From: an uncultured Aquimarina sp. | GTDB lineage: Bacteria > Bacteroidota > Bacteroidia > Flavobacteriales > Flavobacteriaceae | Direction of reading: 5' to 3' | Length of the DNA stretch: 64,000 bases | NCBI GenBank assembly: GCA_937951135.1 | Contig: CALFCI010000017.1 | Coordinates: forward strand, 7,378-71,377 | Shown: positions 10,451 to 20,660 of the stretch, piece by piece | Layout of the letters: each line of letters opens with the position of its first letter | Position numbering within the stretch: the first letter of the stretch is position 1 | The notes under the pieces: generated by a model | Databases searched by the model: none | Told to the model about the DNA's origin: nothing | The model's input: only the letters and a program-made list of their open reading frames with translations | Translations under genes and position numbers: made by a program

Positions 10451-11488
10451 ATGATTCAAAAAAAAGCAAAAACATTAAAAGACCTTGCTAAGATTAGTGG
10501 GTTTACAGAATCTACCATCTCCCGAGTTTTAAATGGTTTGGGCACAAAATATAGAATAAGTGAGAGTACGCAAACCATAATAAAAAAAATAGCGGAAGAT
10601 ACAAGTTTTTCTTTTAATGAAAATGCACGAGGATTACGATTAAGCAAAACCTCTACCATAGGACTTATTGTTCCCGACATTTCGAATTCCTTTTTTGCAA
10701 AAATGGCCTCTTTAATCGAGCGAGAAGCTAGATTTCATAATTACTCAATTTTTCTATGTGATACTGATAATTCAACAAAATTGGAAAAAATGATGGTTCG
10801 CCTACTTCAAAAACGAAAAGTTGATGGATGTATCGTAGCTCCTATTGGACTCATATCAAAACATTTGGAAGAATTATACAACACTACTCCTACTGTACTT
10901 GTCGATCGTTTTTTTGAAGACATTAATATTCCATATGTGACCTCCGATGATTATAATGGTACTATTACTGCAGTAACCCGCTTAATTGAACTAGGACATA
11001 CTACTATTGCTTGTATTCAAGGAATACCAGGAACCTCTTTAAACACCAATAGGGTTAATGCATTTAAGTCAACTATGAACACTCATGGGTTAACAGTAAA
11101 TGAGGATCTTATCATAGGAAATGCTTTTAGTGAAGAGGATGGATATGCTAGTGCTAAACAACTTATTAACCAAAATAAAGTAGACATGCCCACCGCTATT
11201 TTTTCTTTGAGTAATGCGATCACATTAGGAATTTTAAGAGCATTCTCCGAAGAAAATATTAATATTCCAGAACAAATCTCTGTCATATCTTTTGATGAAG
11301 AAAGCTATTCTGGTTTATTAAAAACTCCTATGACTACCATATCACAGCCTAAAGAAGATATCGGAAGACAAGCTTTTTCATTATTACTGAAACAAATAGA
11401 AGCTAAAGACAAAAAAATAGCTCAAAAAAGCATCTTATTACCTACAAAACTAATTATTAGAGATTCTATAGGATCGATATTGAAATAG
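10451..11488 (+). CDS. LacI-family transcriptional regulator
   Basis: TLKDLAKISGFTESTISRVLNG HTH plus sugar-binding domain; ATG at 10451 preferred over the TTG at 10421, which lies only 5 nt after the -7 element TACATTTG (10408-10415). Confidence 0.93.
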   Translation: MIQKKAKTLKDLAKISGFTESTISRVLNGLGTKYRISESTQTIIKKIAEDTSFSFNENARGLRLSKTSTIGLIVPDISNSFFAKMASLIEREARFHNYSIFLCDTDNSTKLEKMMVRLLQKRKVDGCIVAPIGLISKHLEELYNTTPTVLVDRFFEDINIPYVTSDDYNGTITAVTRLIELGHTTIACIQGIPGTSLNTNRVNAFKSTMNTHGLTVNEDLIIGNAFSEEDGYASAKQLINQNKVDMPTAIFSLSNAITLGILRAFSEENINIPEQISVISFDEESYSGLLKTPMTTISQPKEDIGRQAFSLLLKQIEAKDKKIAQKSILLPTKLIIRDSIGSILK

Positions 11489-11519
11489 GCTACTTTGTAG
11501 TATATCCTAATACTAACCG

Positions 11520-11830
11520 TCAACATCAGCAACCGGTGCACAACCCTATAATTTTGTAAAAAATGATCCCTATTAAGTCTTTTTAAGGATTTTCTGTTTC
11601 TCTCATAGACTTCTAAAAGACAAAATATACAGGTCTTAAAATGGAGGATATAAAATCTACAAAGACGTTTTTCATCAAAACATACCTTCGTATTGTTTTG
11701 GCTTCACTTTTTATCAATTTTTGTGTGAATTTTAGATATTTTTTTAGGTTGTAAGCGATGGCGGATAAGTGCATTACTTTATTAGCTTGTTTTACACCAA
11801 TGGCATTGATTTTTCGTAGTCCCATAAACT
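11520..11830 (-). mobile_element. IS1182-like transposase 3' remnant
   Basis: C-terminal fragment MGLRKINAIGVKQANKVMHLSAIAYNLKKYLKF resembles flavobacterial IS1182 transposases; no 5' part present. Confidence 0.7.
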
Positions 11831-12186
11831 ATCATATAACTAAATCGTATTCACCTCATTAACAACTAGTTAATACTGAATCTATCTAAGGAGATATACT
11901 ATTTAATTTGCTAAAGGCAAACAGCTATTCCGAAGCGTCGGAAGCTAAGCATGCATATTGTGCGCTTATCAATATAGATAATATGCGTGTGCGCATTGAT
12001 AGACTGAGTTAGAGTGCCAAAAACAGGTTCTACGGTAATCCTTAAAGATAAAAACTTATGACAAATGCGAATCAAGGGTTGATATTATAGTGAAAAACAA
12101 GTCTAAATTATTGAATTATAACGCATTAAAACTATATAAGTTATTGGTTTTTAGCACTTTAAATATAAATTTTAAACAAGATTATT

Positions 12187-12990
12187 TTGGATACAAATAG
12201 CAATAACAAGGATTACAAATTAGTAAAAAGTTTGAAGAACACTTACAATTTGAATGCGAGCGGTTCAGTACTAATAAAATGCCTAAACTCACAGATCAAG
12301 AAATTATTACTATTATCTATTTGTGATGCACCATCAAGGGATTTTTAAGATGAATAAAACACATCAATTTGCTAGTGAATATTTACTGAGTTGGTTTCCT
12401 GATTTAGGAAGCTATCAAGCTTTTAATCAAAGAATAAATAGACTATCTAATGTTATGAGCACCTTGGTAGGCATACTTTTAATCGAGTTTGCTCCAAAAG
12501 AATGCTCAACTAATTTAAGTGTATTAGATTCAATGCCTATTGTTACTTGCTCAGGAAAACGTTCTGGTAAAGTTGTACCCGAAATTACAGACAAAGGGTA
12601 CTGCTCCACTAAGAGCATGTATTAGTATGGGATGAAACTTCATGCTTTAGGATTTTGTACTCCAAACAAATTACCACATCCAGAGCAAATTATAGTTCCA
12701 CCAGCCTGTGTAAACAACCTTACGGTATTTAAAGAAGCTTGGTCTGAAAAAGAAAATCGAATATTCTTTGGAGATAAAATATATAAATCCTCAAGTTTTT
12801 TTTACAATTATGAAAGATAAATTCAATGCAGAAATGCTAACACCAGTTAAGACTGTAAAAGGAATGCCAGATGTTTTAAGGAAATTTGATAAAGCAGCAA
12901 ATGATTTATATTCAAGAGCTGCATCCAAAATTAGACAACCAATTGAAGCATTGTTTAGTTGGATTATTGAAAAATCAGATATACAAAAAA
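12187..12990 (+). pseudogene. IS982-family transposase pseudogene
   Basis: LDSMPIVTC...KGYCSTKSMY*YGMKLHA (in-frame TAG at 12623-12625), GDKIY and RQPIEALFSW spread over several frames. Confidence 0.85.
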
Positions 12991-13141
12991 CCAATCCCTG
13001 AAACCCGAAACCTAATACCCAAATTAGAAGTACTAATATACTATATAGTTCCTATTTTTCCTAGATATAGCACTTAAGCTAAAACTTAACGCATTTCTAC
13101 TACTAAATGCACGCTACTGGTATTTGAATACAAACACACCT

Positions 13142-14581
13142 CTATTTATTCACTCTATAGGTTATGTTTCTATTGGTAATGATCGTACATCCTACATTGA
13201 TGGTAGTTACATCAGAAATATCCAATACAGGATCACCTGGCATTCCTCCATATTCTACAATATATCCTCTAGAAGAATACGCTCCACCTCCACCAACTAT
13301 TGGTAAATCATTCCAAGAATGTTCTATACCAATCCCTGGTGCCGTAATATGGGCATAGTTCTCTTCTCCATCTATACTATCATTTGGGTAATCATTTGGC
13401 TCATTGTTATTCCAAAATTCAAATTCTCCAGGGACTACGGTTCCATTCTCATCTCCATTCCAAAAAACGGTTCCTGTTTCTGGCCCTGTTACCCATGTCC
13501 AAACACCTTCTGCACCCGTGTCTGTAGCCCCAATCCAACCATTACCCGTGATCTGAGATCCTGCGAATACTGCCTCTTCATCACTGGTACTTAATGTTGC
13601 TAAATAGCCTTCTAATCCAAAATAAGTGCGTGCAGCAGCGGCATCTCTAGCATCATCCCAGCGAATACCATCTATAGGTACAAACTCATAAAAATGCCCT
13701 GTTCCTGGAAAAAACTGTGCATCTCCTACCGAGATGGCAAATTGTTTCACTCCTGAAGGAATTCCCATACTGGCAGAATATACAACTGCTAACACTGCTG
13801 TTTCAAACTCGGCCAATGTAGCGGGACCTGTAAGTAATAACTTACCTTCAGAAGCGGTAAATGCAGTCGTAATATTAGGGTGCGTTCCTGTAAGTGCCAA
13901 AAAATCTTGTCCTTCTACATACCCCCCAGAGATTTGAACCGAAACCTCATTCATGGTTGTATCATCAGGATCTGTAATACTTATGGTTTGCGCTACTGGA
14001 ATTGAATTGGTATTACTAGGGCAAAAGGTTTGGTTTCCTGTAGCCGTAAGTGTTGGTGCTTGATCTCCAACGGTATATGCTATTTGTACATCATCAACAA
14101 ACGCTTGATCATTTCCTTGATTCCAGTCAGCACCATTTTTCCTAAAACGTATGGTAGTTGTTGCTGAAATATAAGAAGTAATATCATCATTAAAAGAACC
14201 TGTATTTGTACCATCAAAAGTACCGATGGTAGTAAATGATGTCCCATCACTTGAAGCTTGTATCACCAATCGTTCACTTCCTTCTAAACTTGATGTTTCC
14301 CAACTAAATGTAAGTGTTGCAGTTGTCGCAGTAGATAAATCTGCACTACGTATAATCCTATCAGAATCTATAGCTCGAAATCGAAGTCGATTTCCTGTAA
14401 TTCGAATCTCTCCATTACTCGCATTGTCATTGTCATTTATTTCATCCCAGTCCCCAGACCAATTTACACTCCCGTCATTATTGGCATAAGAAACAGTGCC
14501 AAATTCATCTCTAACCGTTTCTTGGGCATACCCTATCGAAAGGGCAAGTATCATCGTCCATAATAAAGATTGAAACTTCAT
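13142..14581 (-). CDS. Secreted protein with C-type-lectin-like domain
   Basis: Signal peptide from ATG 14581 (MKFQSLLW...); GHFYEFV, WDDARDAA, GYLATL, WIGATD, W...EPND, WNDL; -7-like TATATTG at 14615-14621 supports this start. Confidence 0.8.
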   Translation of the reverse strand: MKFQSLLWTMILALSIGYAQETVRDEFGTVSYANNDGSVNWSGDWDEINDNDNASNGEIRITGNRLRFRAIDSDRIIRSADLSTATTATLTFSWETSSLEGSERLVIQASSDGTSFTTIGTFDGTNTGSFNDDITSYISATTTIRFRKNGADWNQGNDQAFVDDVQIAYTVGDQAPTLTATGNQTFCPSNTNSIPVAQTISITDPDDTTMNEVSVQISGGYVEGQDFLALTGTHPNITTAFTASEGKLLLTGPATLAEFETAVLAVVYSASMGIPSGVKQFAISVGDAQFFPGTGHFYEFVPIDGIRWDDARDAAAARTYFGLEGYLATLSTSDEEAVFAGSQITGNGWIGATDTGAEGVWTWVTGPETGTVFWNGDENGTVVPGEFEFWNNNEPNDYPNDSIDGEENYAHITAPGIGIEHSWNDLPIVGGGGAYSSRGYIVEYGGMPGDPVLDISDVTTINVGCTIITNRNITYRVNK

Positions 14582-14788
14582 AAAACATATATTTTGTTTT
14601 TCATACACTGCTATCAATATAACGCAAAGCGCTTTTTTTTACTAAAAAAAGAATGCCTTACGTAAATAAATCCATAAAAAACAATATTCATCGCTAAAAT
14701 ACACAAAAAAAGTTTTAAACCCCTATTTAAATAGAAAAATAATAGTCTATTATCCTTAATTCTTCCTTATTTTGCGCCCTAAAAACTT

Positions 14789-16660
14789 GTGAATTACGTA
14801 TCTATTGAAAATGTTGCTAAATCCTTTGGCGAACGTGAATTGTTTGCTGACATTTCTTTTGGCATTAATGAAGGACAAAAGATTGGTTTTGTAGCCAAAA
14901 ATGGTACGGGTAAAACTTCCTTACTAAATATTATAGTGGGTCATGATGAACCTGATCATGGACAAGTTTCATATCGTAAGCATCTAAAGGTTGCTTTTTT
15001 ACCTCAAGAGCCTGTATTAGATCCTAACCTTACGATCGAGCAAACCATTTTTGCTTCGGATAATGAGATTCTAAAAGTAATTAGCGCGTATGAAAGCGCC
15101 TTAGAAAATCCCGAAGATGCAGAAGCATATCAAAAAGCTTTTGAGCAAATGGATGCTTTAAATGCCTGGGATTTTGAAACGCAATACAAACAAATCCTTT
15201 TTAAGCTTAAACTAGATAAATTAGATCAAAAAGTCGAAATGCTTTCTGGGGGGCAAAAGAAACGTTTAGCGCTGGCCAATATTTTATTAAGTAAACCAGA
15301 ATTGGTTTTCCTTGATGAACCTACCAATCACTTGGATCTAGAAATGATTGAATGGTTACAAGAATATTTTGCCAAAGAAAACTTCACCTTATTCATGATT
15401 ACGCATGATCGCTATTTTCTCGAAAATGTATGTAATGAAATTGTGGAACTTGACCATGGTAAACTATACAGTTATAAAGGTAATTATGGATATTACTTAG
15501 AAAATAAAGAAGCTAGAATAGCGAATGAAGCTATTGCTACAAATAAAGCGAAACAACTCTTTAAAAAAGAATTGGATTGGATGCGTAGGCAACCTAAAGC
15601 ACGAACTACAAAATCGAAATCCAGAACTGATGACTTTTTTGAAATTAAAGAGCGTGCACATAAAAGACGGAGCGATCACAAAGTACAATTGGAAATCAAT
15701 ATGGAGCGTATGGGAAGTAAAATCCTAGAACTGCATAAAGTATCCAAAAGTTTTGACGACTTAGTATTACTCGACGCTTTTGAATACGTATTCAAAACTG
15801 GAGAACGTATTGGTATCATTGGAAAAAACGGAACGGGTAAATCTACTTTTTTAAATATGATCACTGGTGCTTTTCCTCCGGATCATGGAAAAATAATTGT
15901 AGGAGAAACGATTCGATTTGGCTATTATACTCAAAAAGGAATTGATATCAAACCTGGTCAAAAAGTAATTGATGTTATTAAAGAATTTGGAGAGTATATT
16001 CCATTAAAAAAAGGAAGACAAATTTCTGCTGGGCAATTATTAGAACGTTTCTTATTTGATCGCAAAAAGCAATATGATTTTATTGAAAAATTAAGTGGTG
16101 GAGAACGTAAACGATTATACTTATGTACGATCTTAATACAAAATCCTAATTTCTTATTATTGGATGAACCTACCAATGACTTGGATATTGTAACCCTTAA
16201 TGTTCTTGAAAACTTTTTATTAGACTTTCCCGGCTGCCTATTAGTGGTATCACATGATCGATACTTTATGGATAAAATTGTAGATCATTTATTTATCTTT
16301 AAAGGCGATGGACTTGTTGAAGACTTTCCAGGAAATTACACGGATTACAGGATCTATGAGAGTAGTAAAGTAGCCGAAAAAGCGATTCCTGAGCAGACTA
16401 TCGAAGCTAAGACTAAAAACAACTGGAAGAAAGAAAGCAAGGTTACACTTTCTTATAACGACCAAAAAGAGTTTAAACGTATTGAAAGTGATCTTAAAAA
16501 GTTAGAGAATCAAAAAAAGAAAATTGAAAATCTTTTTGTGACAGAAAATTTAGATCAGGATCGTATTGCGGAGGAATCTAAAAAACTAAAAGTCATTATT
16601 GATAACATTGAAGAAAAAGAAATACGATGGTTAGAGCTTTCTGAAAAAATGGAAGGGTGA
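14789..16660 (+). CDS. ABC-F family ATPase (Uup-like)
   Basis: Two ABC domains (NGTGKT/S, LSGG, LDEPTN) with linker and C-terminal coiled coil; no TM segments. Confidence 0.92.
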   Translation: MNYVSIENVAKSFGERELFADISFGINEGQKIGFVAKNGTGKTSLLNIIVGHDEPDHGQVSYRKHLKVAFLPQEPVLDPNLTIEQTIFASDNEILKVISAYESALENPEDAEAYQKAFEQMDALNAWDFETQYKQILFKLKLDKLDQKVEMLSGGQKKRLALANILLSKPELVFLDEPTNHLDLEMIEWLQEYFAKENFTLFMITHDRYFLENVCNEIVELDHGKLYSYKGNYGYYLENKEARIANEAIATNKAKQLFKKELDWMRRQPKARTTKSKSRTDDFFEIKERAHKRRSDHKVQLEINMERMGSKILELHKVSKSFDDLVLLDAFEYVFKTGERIGIIGKNGTGKSTFLNMITGAFPPDHGKIIVGETIRFGYYTQKGIDIKPGQKVIDVIKEFGEYIPLKKGRQISAGQLLERFLFDRKKQYDFIEKLSGGERKRLYLCTILIQNPNFLLLDEPTNDLDIVTLNVLENFLLDFPGCLLVVSHDRYFMDKIVDHLFIFKGDGLVEDFPGNYTDYRIYESSKVAEKAIPEQTIEAKTKNNWKKESKVTLSYNDQKEFKRIESDLKKLENQKKKIENLFVTENLDQDRIAEESKKLKVIIDNIEEKEIRWLELSEKMEG

Positions 16661-16664
16661 ATTA

Positions 16665-16922
16665 ATAGATACTAGACCGCTTGCGCTGTTAGACACTAGA
16701 TGTTAGACAAAGAGACAAGGAGACAAGGTGAAAAATTTAACGTCTTAGCTTCTAATAGTCCTAGTATCTAAAACAGAAATTGGAACACGGGAATTAAAAA
16801 ACTAATAACTATTCTCTAGTGACTAACTCCTAAAAATAGAGGCTAGGGATTCGACAAGAAATATAGAAATAATGGGGATGAGAGATTTTATACGATCAAC
16901 CAACAACTGTCAACCATCAATT
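16665..16922. repeat. Composite degenerate heptamer-repeat cassettes
   Basis: TAGATAC/TAGACAC/GAGACAA arms followed by CTAGTAT/CTAATAA/CAACCAT arms. Confidence 0.6.
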
Positions 16923-16928
16923 AAGAAC

Positions 16929-17507
16929 ATGTTTTTTAAAATCTATGCTTATTTTAAATTTTTATGCCGTGCTACCAATCAACATGGTGTACACTCCCCT
17001 TTTATATATCAATTGGTGACCTTATGTTTTTACAATACCAAAAAACAAGCTATAGACACCGATATAACAACAGCTTATACGGCAAACCCTAGCGTCTCAT
17101 TCTCCTTAAAAATTGCAAGACTTCTTAATCGTTTACCTTCGTATTTGGAAGCTAAAAACATAGTAATACTATCACAATCTGATCATATTGCTAACGTTAT
17201 AACTACCGGAAATACGGTAAATGTATCCAATCATTTTAAGGTAAATGAACACTATGATTTAATCTATATTGACACTTCATCGCAAACGCTAAAGACATTT
17301 CAACAGTTTTTAACTCAGCTACCTCAGCATGTGCATAACGCTACTGTACTTGTAATGCACCCGATACATTACACAAAGCGCACTGAACACCTATGGGAAC
17401 TTATCAGGTCACATTCCATAACTCAAGTAAGCATAGACACTTTTAGCTTAGGGTTTATCTTTTTAAGAACAGAACAAGCACAAGAACACTTTAACATTAG
17501 ACTGTAA
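16929..17507 (+). CDS. Hypothetical protein, degenerate SAM-methyltransferase-like
   Basis: NQHGVHSPFIY N-terminal motif, YDLIYID and SIDTF...EHFNIRL C-terminus typical of this Bacteroidota family; start moved to MFFKIY. Confidence 0.6.
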   Translation: MFFKIYAYFKFLCRATNQHGVHSPFIYQLVTLCFYNTKKQAIDTDITTAYTANPSVSFSLKIARLLNRLPSYLEAKNIVILSQSDHIANVITTGNTVNVSNHFKVNEHYDLIYIDTSSQTLKTFQQFLTQLPQHVHNATVLVMHPIHYTKRTEHLWELIRSHSITQVSIDTFSLGFIFLRTEQAQEHFNIRL

Positions 17508-17533
17508 CAAATTTCTATTCTATGCGTCTTATA
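17503..17533 (+). promoter_or_regulatory. ECF-sigma-type promoter TGTAAC-N16-CGTCTT
   Basis: Same motif and spacing as 20499-20529. Confidence 0.55.
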
Positions 17534-17556
17534 AGTCAAAAGTAGTATCTTTCATT

Positions 17557-17658
17557 TTTAATCCACATTGTGGAGTTTAATTCTCCGAGGCTTGCCTCGA
17601 AATGTAAAAAATAGTTATCCGCTGGATGCCTCGTGGGCTTTCCCCGAGGTAATTGACT
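17557..17658 (-). repeat. ~100-bp three-hairpin dispersed element, copy 1 (inverted)
   Basis: Reverse complement of AGTCAA..CCTCGG..AAGC..CGAGGCATCCAGCGGATAACTAT..TCGAGGCAAGCCTCGGAGAATTAAACTCCACAATGTGGATTAAA. Confidence 0.9.
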
Positions 17659-17680
17659 GTCATTTTTAAGTTATTAGATC

Positions 17681-18376
17681 ATGCCAAATGTTATTGAAAT
17701 TAGTACCATTACCCGAGATTTTGCATTAGGACAAGAAACAGTTCATGTACTTAAGGGTATTGATTTAGTCATCAAAAAAGGTGAATATCTAGCTATTATG
17801 GGGCCTTCTGGGTCTGGAAAATCAACATTAATGAATCTTCTAGGCTGTCTTGATACCCCTACTTCTGGCACCTATATTCTAAATGGAAATGATGTAAGTA
17901 CAATGACTGATGATGAATTAGCAACCATTAGAAATCAAGAAATAGGATTTGTATTTCAAACCTTTAATCTTTTGCCTAGAACTACTGCTATAGAAAATGT
18001 AGCACTCCCTATGGTGTATGCCGGAATCTCAAAAAAAGACCGTACGCTAAAAGCAAAAAAAGTACTAACAGATGTAGGGTTAGCCGATCGTATGGATCAT
18101 AAACCCAATCAACTCTCTGGTGGTCAGCGACAACGTGTTGCTGTTGGACGTGCATTGGTAAACAATCCCTCTATTATATTGGCAGATGAGCCTACTGGAA
18201 ATTTAGATTCTACTACTTCTTTAGAAATCATGCAATTATTTGACGAGATTCATGCTCAAGGAAATACGGTAATTCTTGTTACACACGAAGAAGAAGTCGC
18301 TGCACATGCACATCGTGTTATCCGATTACGGGATGGACAGGTTGAAAGTGACACTTCGACTGCGCTCAGTGTCTGA
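17681..18376 (+). CDS. ABC transporter ATP-binding protein (LolD/MacB-like)
   Basis: [35 protein letters not shown]. Confidence 0.92.
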   Translation: MPNVIEISTITRDFALGQETVHVLKGIDLVIKKGEYLAIMGPSGSGKSTLMNLLGCLDTPTSGTYILNGNDVSTMTDDELATIRNQEIGFVFQTFNLLPRTTAIENVALPMVYAGISKKDRTLKAKKVLTDVGLADRMDHKPNQLSGGQRQRVAVGRALVNNPSIILADEPTGNLDSTTSLEIMQLFDEIHAQGNTVILVTHEEEVAAHAHRVIRLRDGQVESDTSTALSV

Positions 18377-18563
18377 TGGTTGATGGTTGATGGTTGATGG
18401 TTGATGGTTGATGGTTGATGGTTGATGGTTGATGGTTTCAAAAAAAAAACACTTCGTGTTTTTTTTTTGAAACTCTGAAACTCTGAAACTCTGAAACTCT
18501 GAAACTCTGAAACTCTGAAACTCTGAAACTCTGAAACTCTGAAACTCTGAAACTCTGAAACTC
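18374..18563. repeat. (TGATGGT)x9 + hairpin + (TGAAACTC)x12
   Basis: Perfect tandem repeats at 18374-18436 and 18468-18563 around an A-tract/CAC-TTC-GTG/T-tract hairpin (18437-18471). Confidence 0.97.
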
Positions 18564-18612
18564 AAACATTCTATTTTAATTCGTACTTTAGAAGTTCTAA
18601 TCAAAGAACTAC

Positions 18613-20061
18613 ATGCAACCCATTCATATTCTATTGCTAATCACTGGTTATTTCGGTGTGCTTATACTCATTTCTTATCTCACTGGAAAAAATGCTGGCA
18701 ATGATGCTTTTTTTAAAGCCAATCGGCAATCTCCTTGGTATATTGTTGCATTTGGGATGATTGGAGCTTCACTTAGCGGAGTTACCTTTATCTCTGTGCC
18801 TGGTTGGGTAGAAGCTTCACAGTTTAGTTATATGCAAGTGGTATTGGGCTATATCATAGGATATCTAGTCATTGGTACCGTATTATTACCTTTATACTAT
18901 CGATTAAACCTGACTTCAATCTACACCTATCTTGAAGAACGGTTTGGAAACGCTGCTTATAAAACGGGAGCTTCTTTCTTTTTGATTTCTAGAATTATTG
19001 GGGCAAGCTTTCGATTATTTTTGGTAGCCAATGTATTACAAAGTATTCTTTTTGATGCCTGGGGCATTCCGTTTTGGGTTACGGTAATCATGACTATTGT
19101 ATTGATTTGGTTATACACCTTCAAATCTGGAATTAAAACCATTGTATGGACAGATACACTACAAACGCTCTTTATGCTGGTTGCTGTTGGTGTGGCTATT
19201 TTTTATGTTGCTGATGATCTACACATACAACCTGTTGATATTTTAGGGCATATCACTGATAGTGATTTGTCTAAAATCTTCTTTTTTGATGATATTAAAA
19301 GTGCTAATTATTTTTGGAAGCAATTTTTATCTGGTGCATTTATTGCAATTGTAATGACAGGACTTGATCAAGATATGATGCAAAAAAACCTTACCTGTCG
19401 TAATCTTAGAGATGCCCAAAAAAATATGTTTTGGTTTACTTTGGTATTAACTGTTGTTAACTTTGTGTTTTTAGGTCTTGGAGTACTCCTTACGGAATAT
19501 GCTTCTCAACATGGTATTGACGCGCATAAAGATCAACTATTTTCTACCATTGCTGCCCAAAGCGGGCTGGGTATTGGCATCGCTATTTTCTTTGTATTAG
19601 GTCTTATTGCTGCTGCGTATAGTAGTGCTGATAGCGCACTAACGTCCTTAACTACCTCTTTTAGTATTGACATTTTGGATATTGAAAAAAGGTATGATCA
19701 GGATAAAATGAAGCAAATTAAAGTTCGAAAACAAATTCATATTCTTTTTTCAATAGTATTAATCGTAGTCATTATAGGATTTAAATACATTATCAAAGAT
19801 GAGAGCGTAATCAAGAAACTATTTGTTTTTGCAGGATACACCTATGGCCCTTTATTAGGGTTATATGCTTTTGGATTGTTTACAACGCTACAAATCAAAG
19901 ATAAGTTTGTACCAATTGTTGCCATTACATCGCCTATACTTTCGTATATCATTAGCAGTTATAGTGCCCTTTGGTTTGGCTTTGAGTTTGGTTTTTTTAT
20001 CCTTATTCTCAATGGATTTTTAACATTTCTAGGATTGTTAGTATTGATTCGTAGACAATAA
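18613..20061 (+). CDS. Sodium:solute symporter family protein
   Basis: Multi-TM; SLSGVTFISVPG, SIYTYLEERFG, WTDTLQ, GLDQDMMQ, AAAYSSADS. Confidence 0.9.
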   Translation: MQPIHILLLITGYFGVLILISYLTGKNAGNDAFFKANRQSPWYIVAFGMIGASLSGVTFISVPGWVEASQFSYMQVVLGYIIGYLVIGTVLLPLYYRLNLTSIYTYLEERFGNAAYKTGASFFLISRIIGASFRLFLVANVLQSILFDAWGIPFWVTVIMTIVLIWLYTFKSGIKTIVWTDTLQTLFMLVAVGVAIFYVADDLHIQPVDILGHITDSDLSKIFFFDDIKSANYFWKQFLSGAFIAIVMTGLDQDMMQKNLTCRNLRDAQKNMFWFTLVLTVVNFVFLGLGVLLTEYASQHGIDAHKDQLFSTIAAQSGLGIGIAIFFVLGLIAAAYSSADSALTSLTTSFSIDILDIEKRYDQDKMKQIKVRKQIHILFSIVLIVVIIGFKYIIKDESVIKKLFVFAGYTYGPLLGLYAFGLFTTLQIKDKFVPIVAITSPILSYIISSYSALWFGFEFGFFILILNGFLTFLGLLVLIRRQ

Positions 20062-20397
20062 CACCAAGGTACAAGCAATTTCATAAGGAATTTTTGCTTG
20101 AGTTAATCGTTCATAAAATTCAGGGTTTTCTGTACCCGGATTAAAAATTACACGCTGGGGCTGTAAGGCTATGATATACTCATAATACGCCTGTTGCCGT
20201 TTTGGATTGAGATACAATGTTACGGTATTGATGGCTTCAAAAGGCTTAGGATCTTTATCAATCGTTACCCCTGCTACTGTCCCTGCTTTCCCTCCAACAG
20301 CAACGGTATCATGGTTGTATTGTACTAATTTATGAATCGCCATATTGGAATACCGTTCTTCCTTAAGTGATGCTCCTAATACTAGTGTTTTTTTCAT
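20038..20397 (-). CDS. CoA-binding protein (YccU-like)
   Basis: LVLGAS, TVTLYL, RVIFNPGTEN, ACTLVLL. Confidence 0.85.
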   Translation of the reverse strand: MKKTLVLGASLKEERYSNMAIHKLVQYNHDTVAVGGKAGTVAGVTIDKDPKPFEAINTVTLYLNPKRQQAYYEYIIALQPQRVIFNPGTENPEFYERLTQAKIPYEIACTLVLLSTNQY

Positions 20398-20498
20398 ACC
20401 TCCAAAATACAAAATTGCAGTAACACTTTACAGTATCCAAAAAAAACATTAAAATCAGCTTCTTAATTGTTAAAAAAATCACAAAAAACAGCTTTGCT

Positions 20499-20529
20499 TG
20501 TAACGTTAGCTAATGTCTTCCGTCTTATA
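20499..20529 (+). promoter_or_regulatory. ECF-sigma-type promoter TGTAAC-N16-CGTCTT
   Basis: AAC...CGT motif with 16-nt spacer; no ORF downstream before the terminator. Confidence 0.6.
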
Positions 20530-20532
20530 TAG

Positions 20533-20660
20533 TACATAGGTTGTTTTTTCATAAATTTAATTGGTTAGTTATGCACTATTATTAGTTTAGTTTTTTGGTT
20601 AGTTCTATTCCAAAGAATAGTGCAGAAAACCGTTCTCAATGATTGAGAACGGTTTTTTTT
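20533..20660 (+). ncRNA. Candidate sRNA with repeated UUGGUUAGUU motif
   Basis: ECF-like promoter, stem TGCACTATT/AATAGTGCA, strong intrinsic terminator at 20626-20660; both flanking genes are on the minus strand. Confidence 0.6.

Noticed and set aside
18256-18604. ORFs with PSTINHQ and FRVSEFQS repeats
   Set aside because: Translations of the 7-mer and 8-mer tandem repeats
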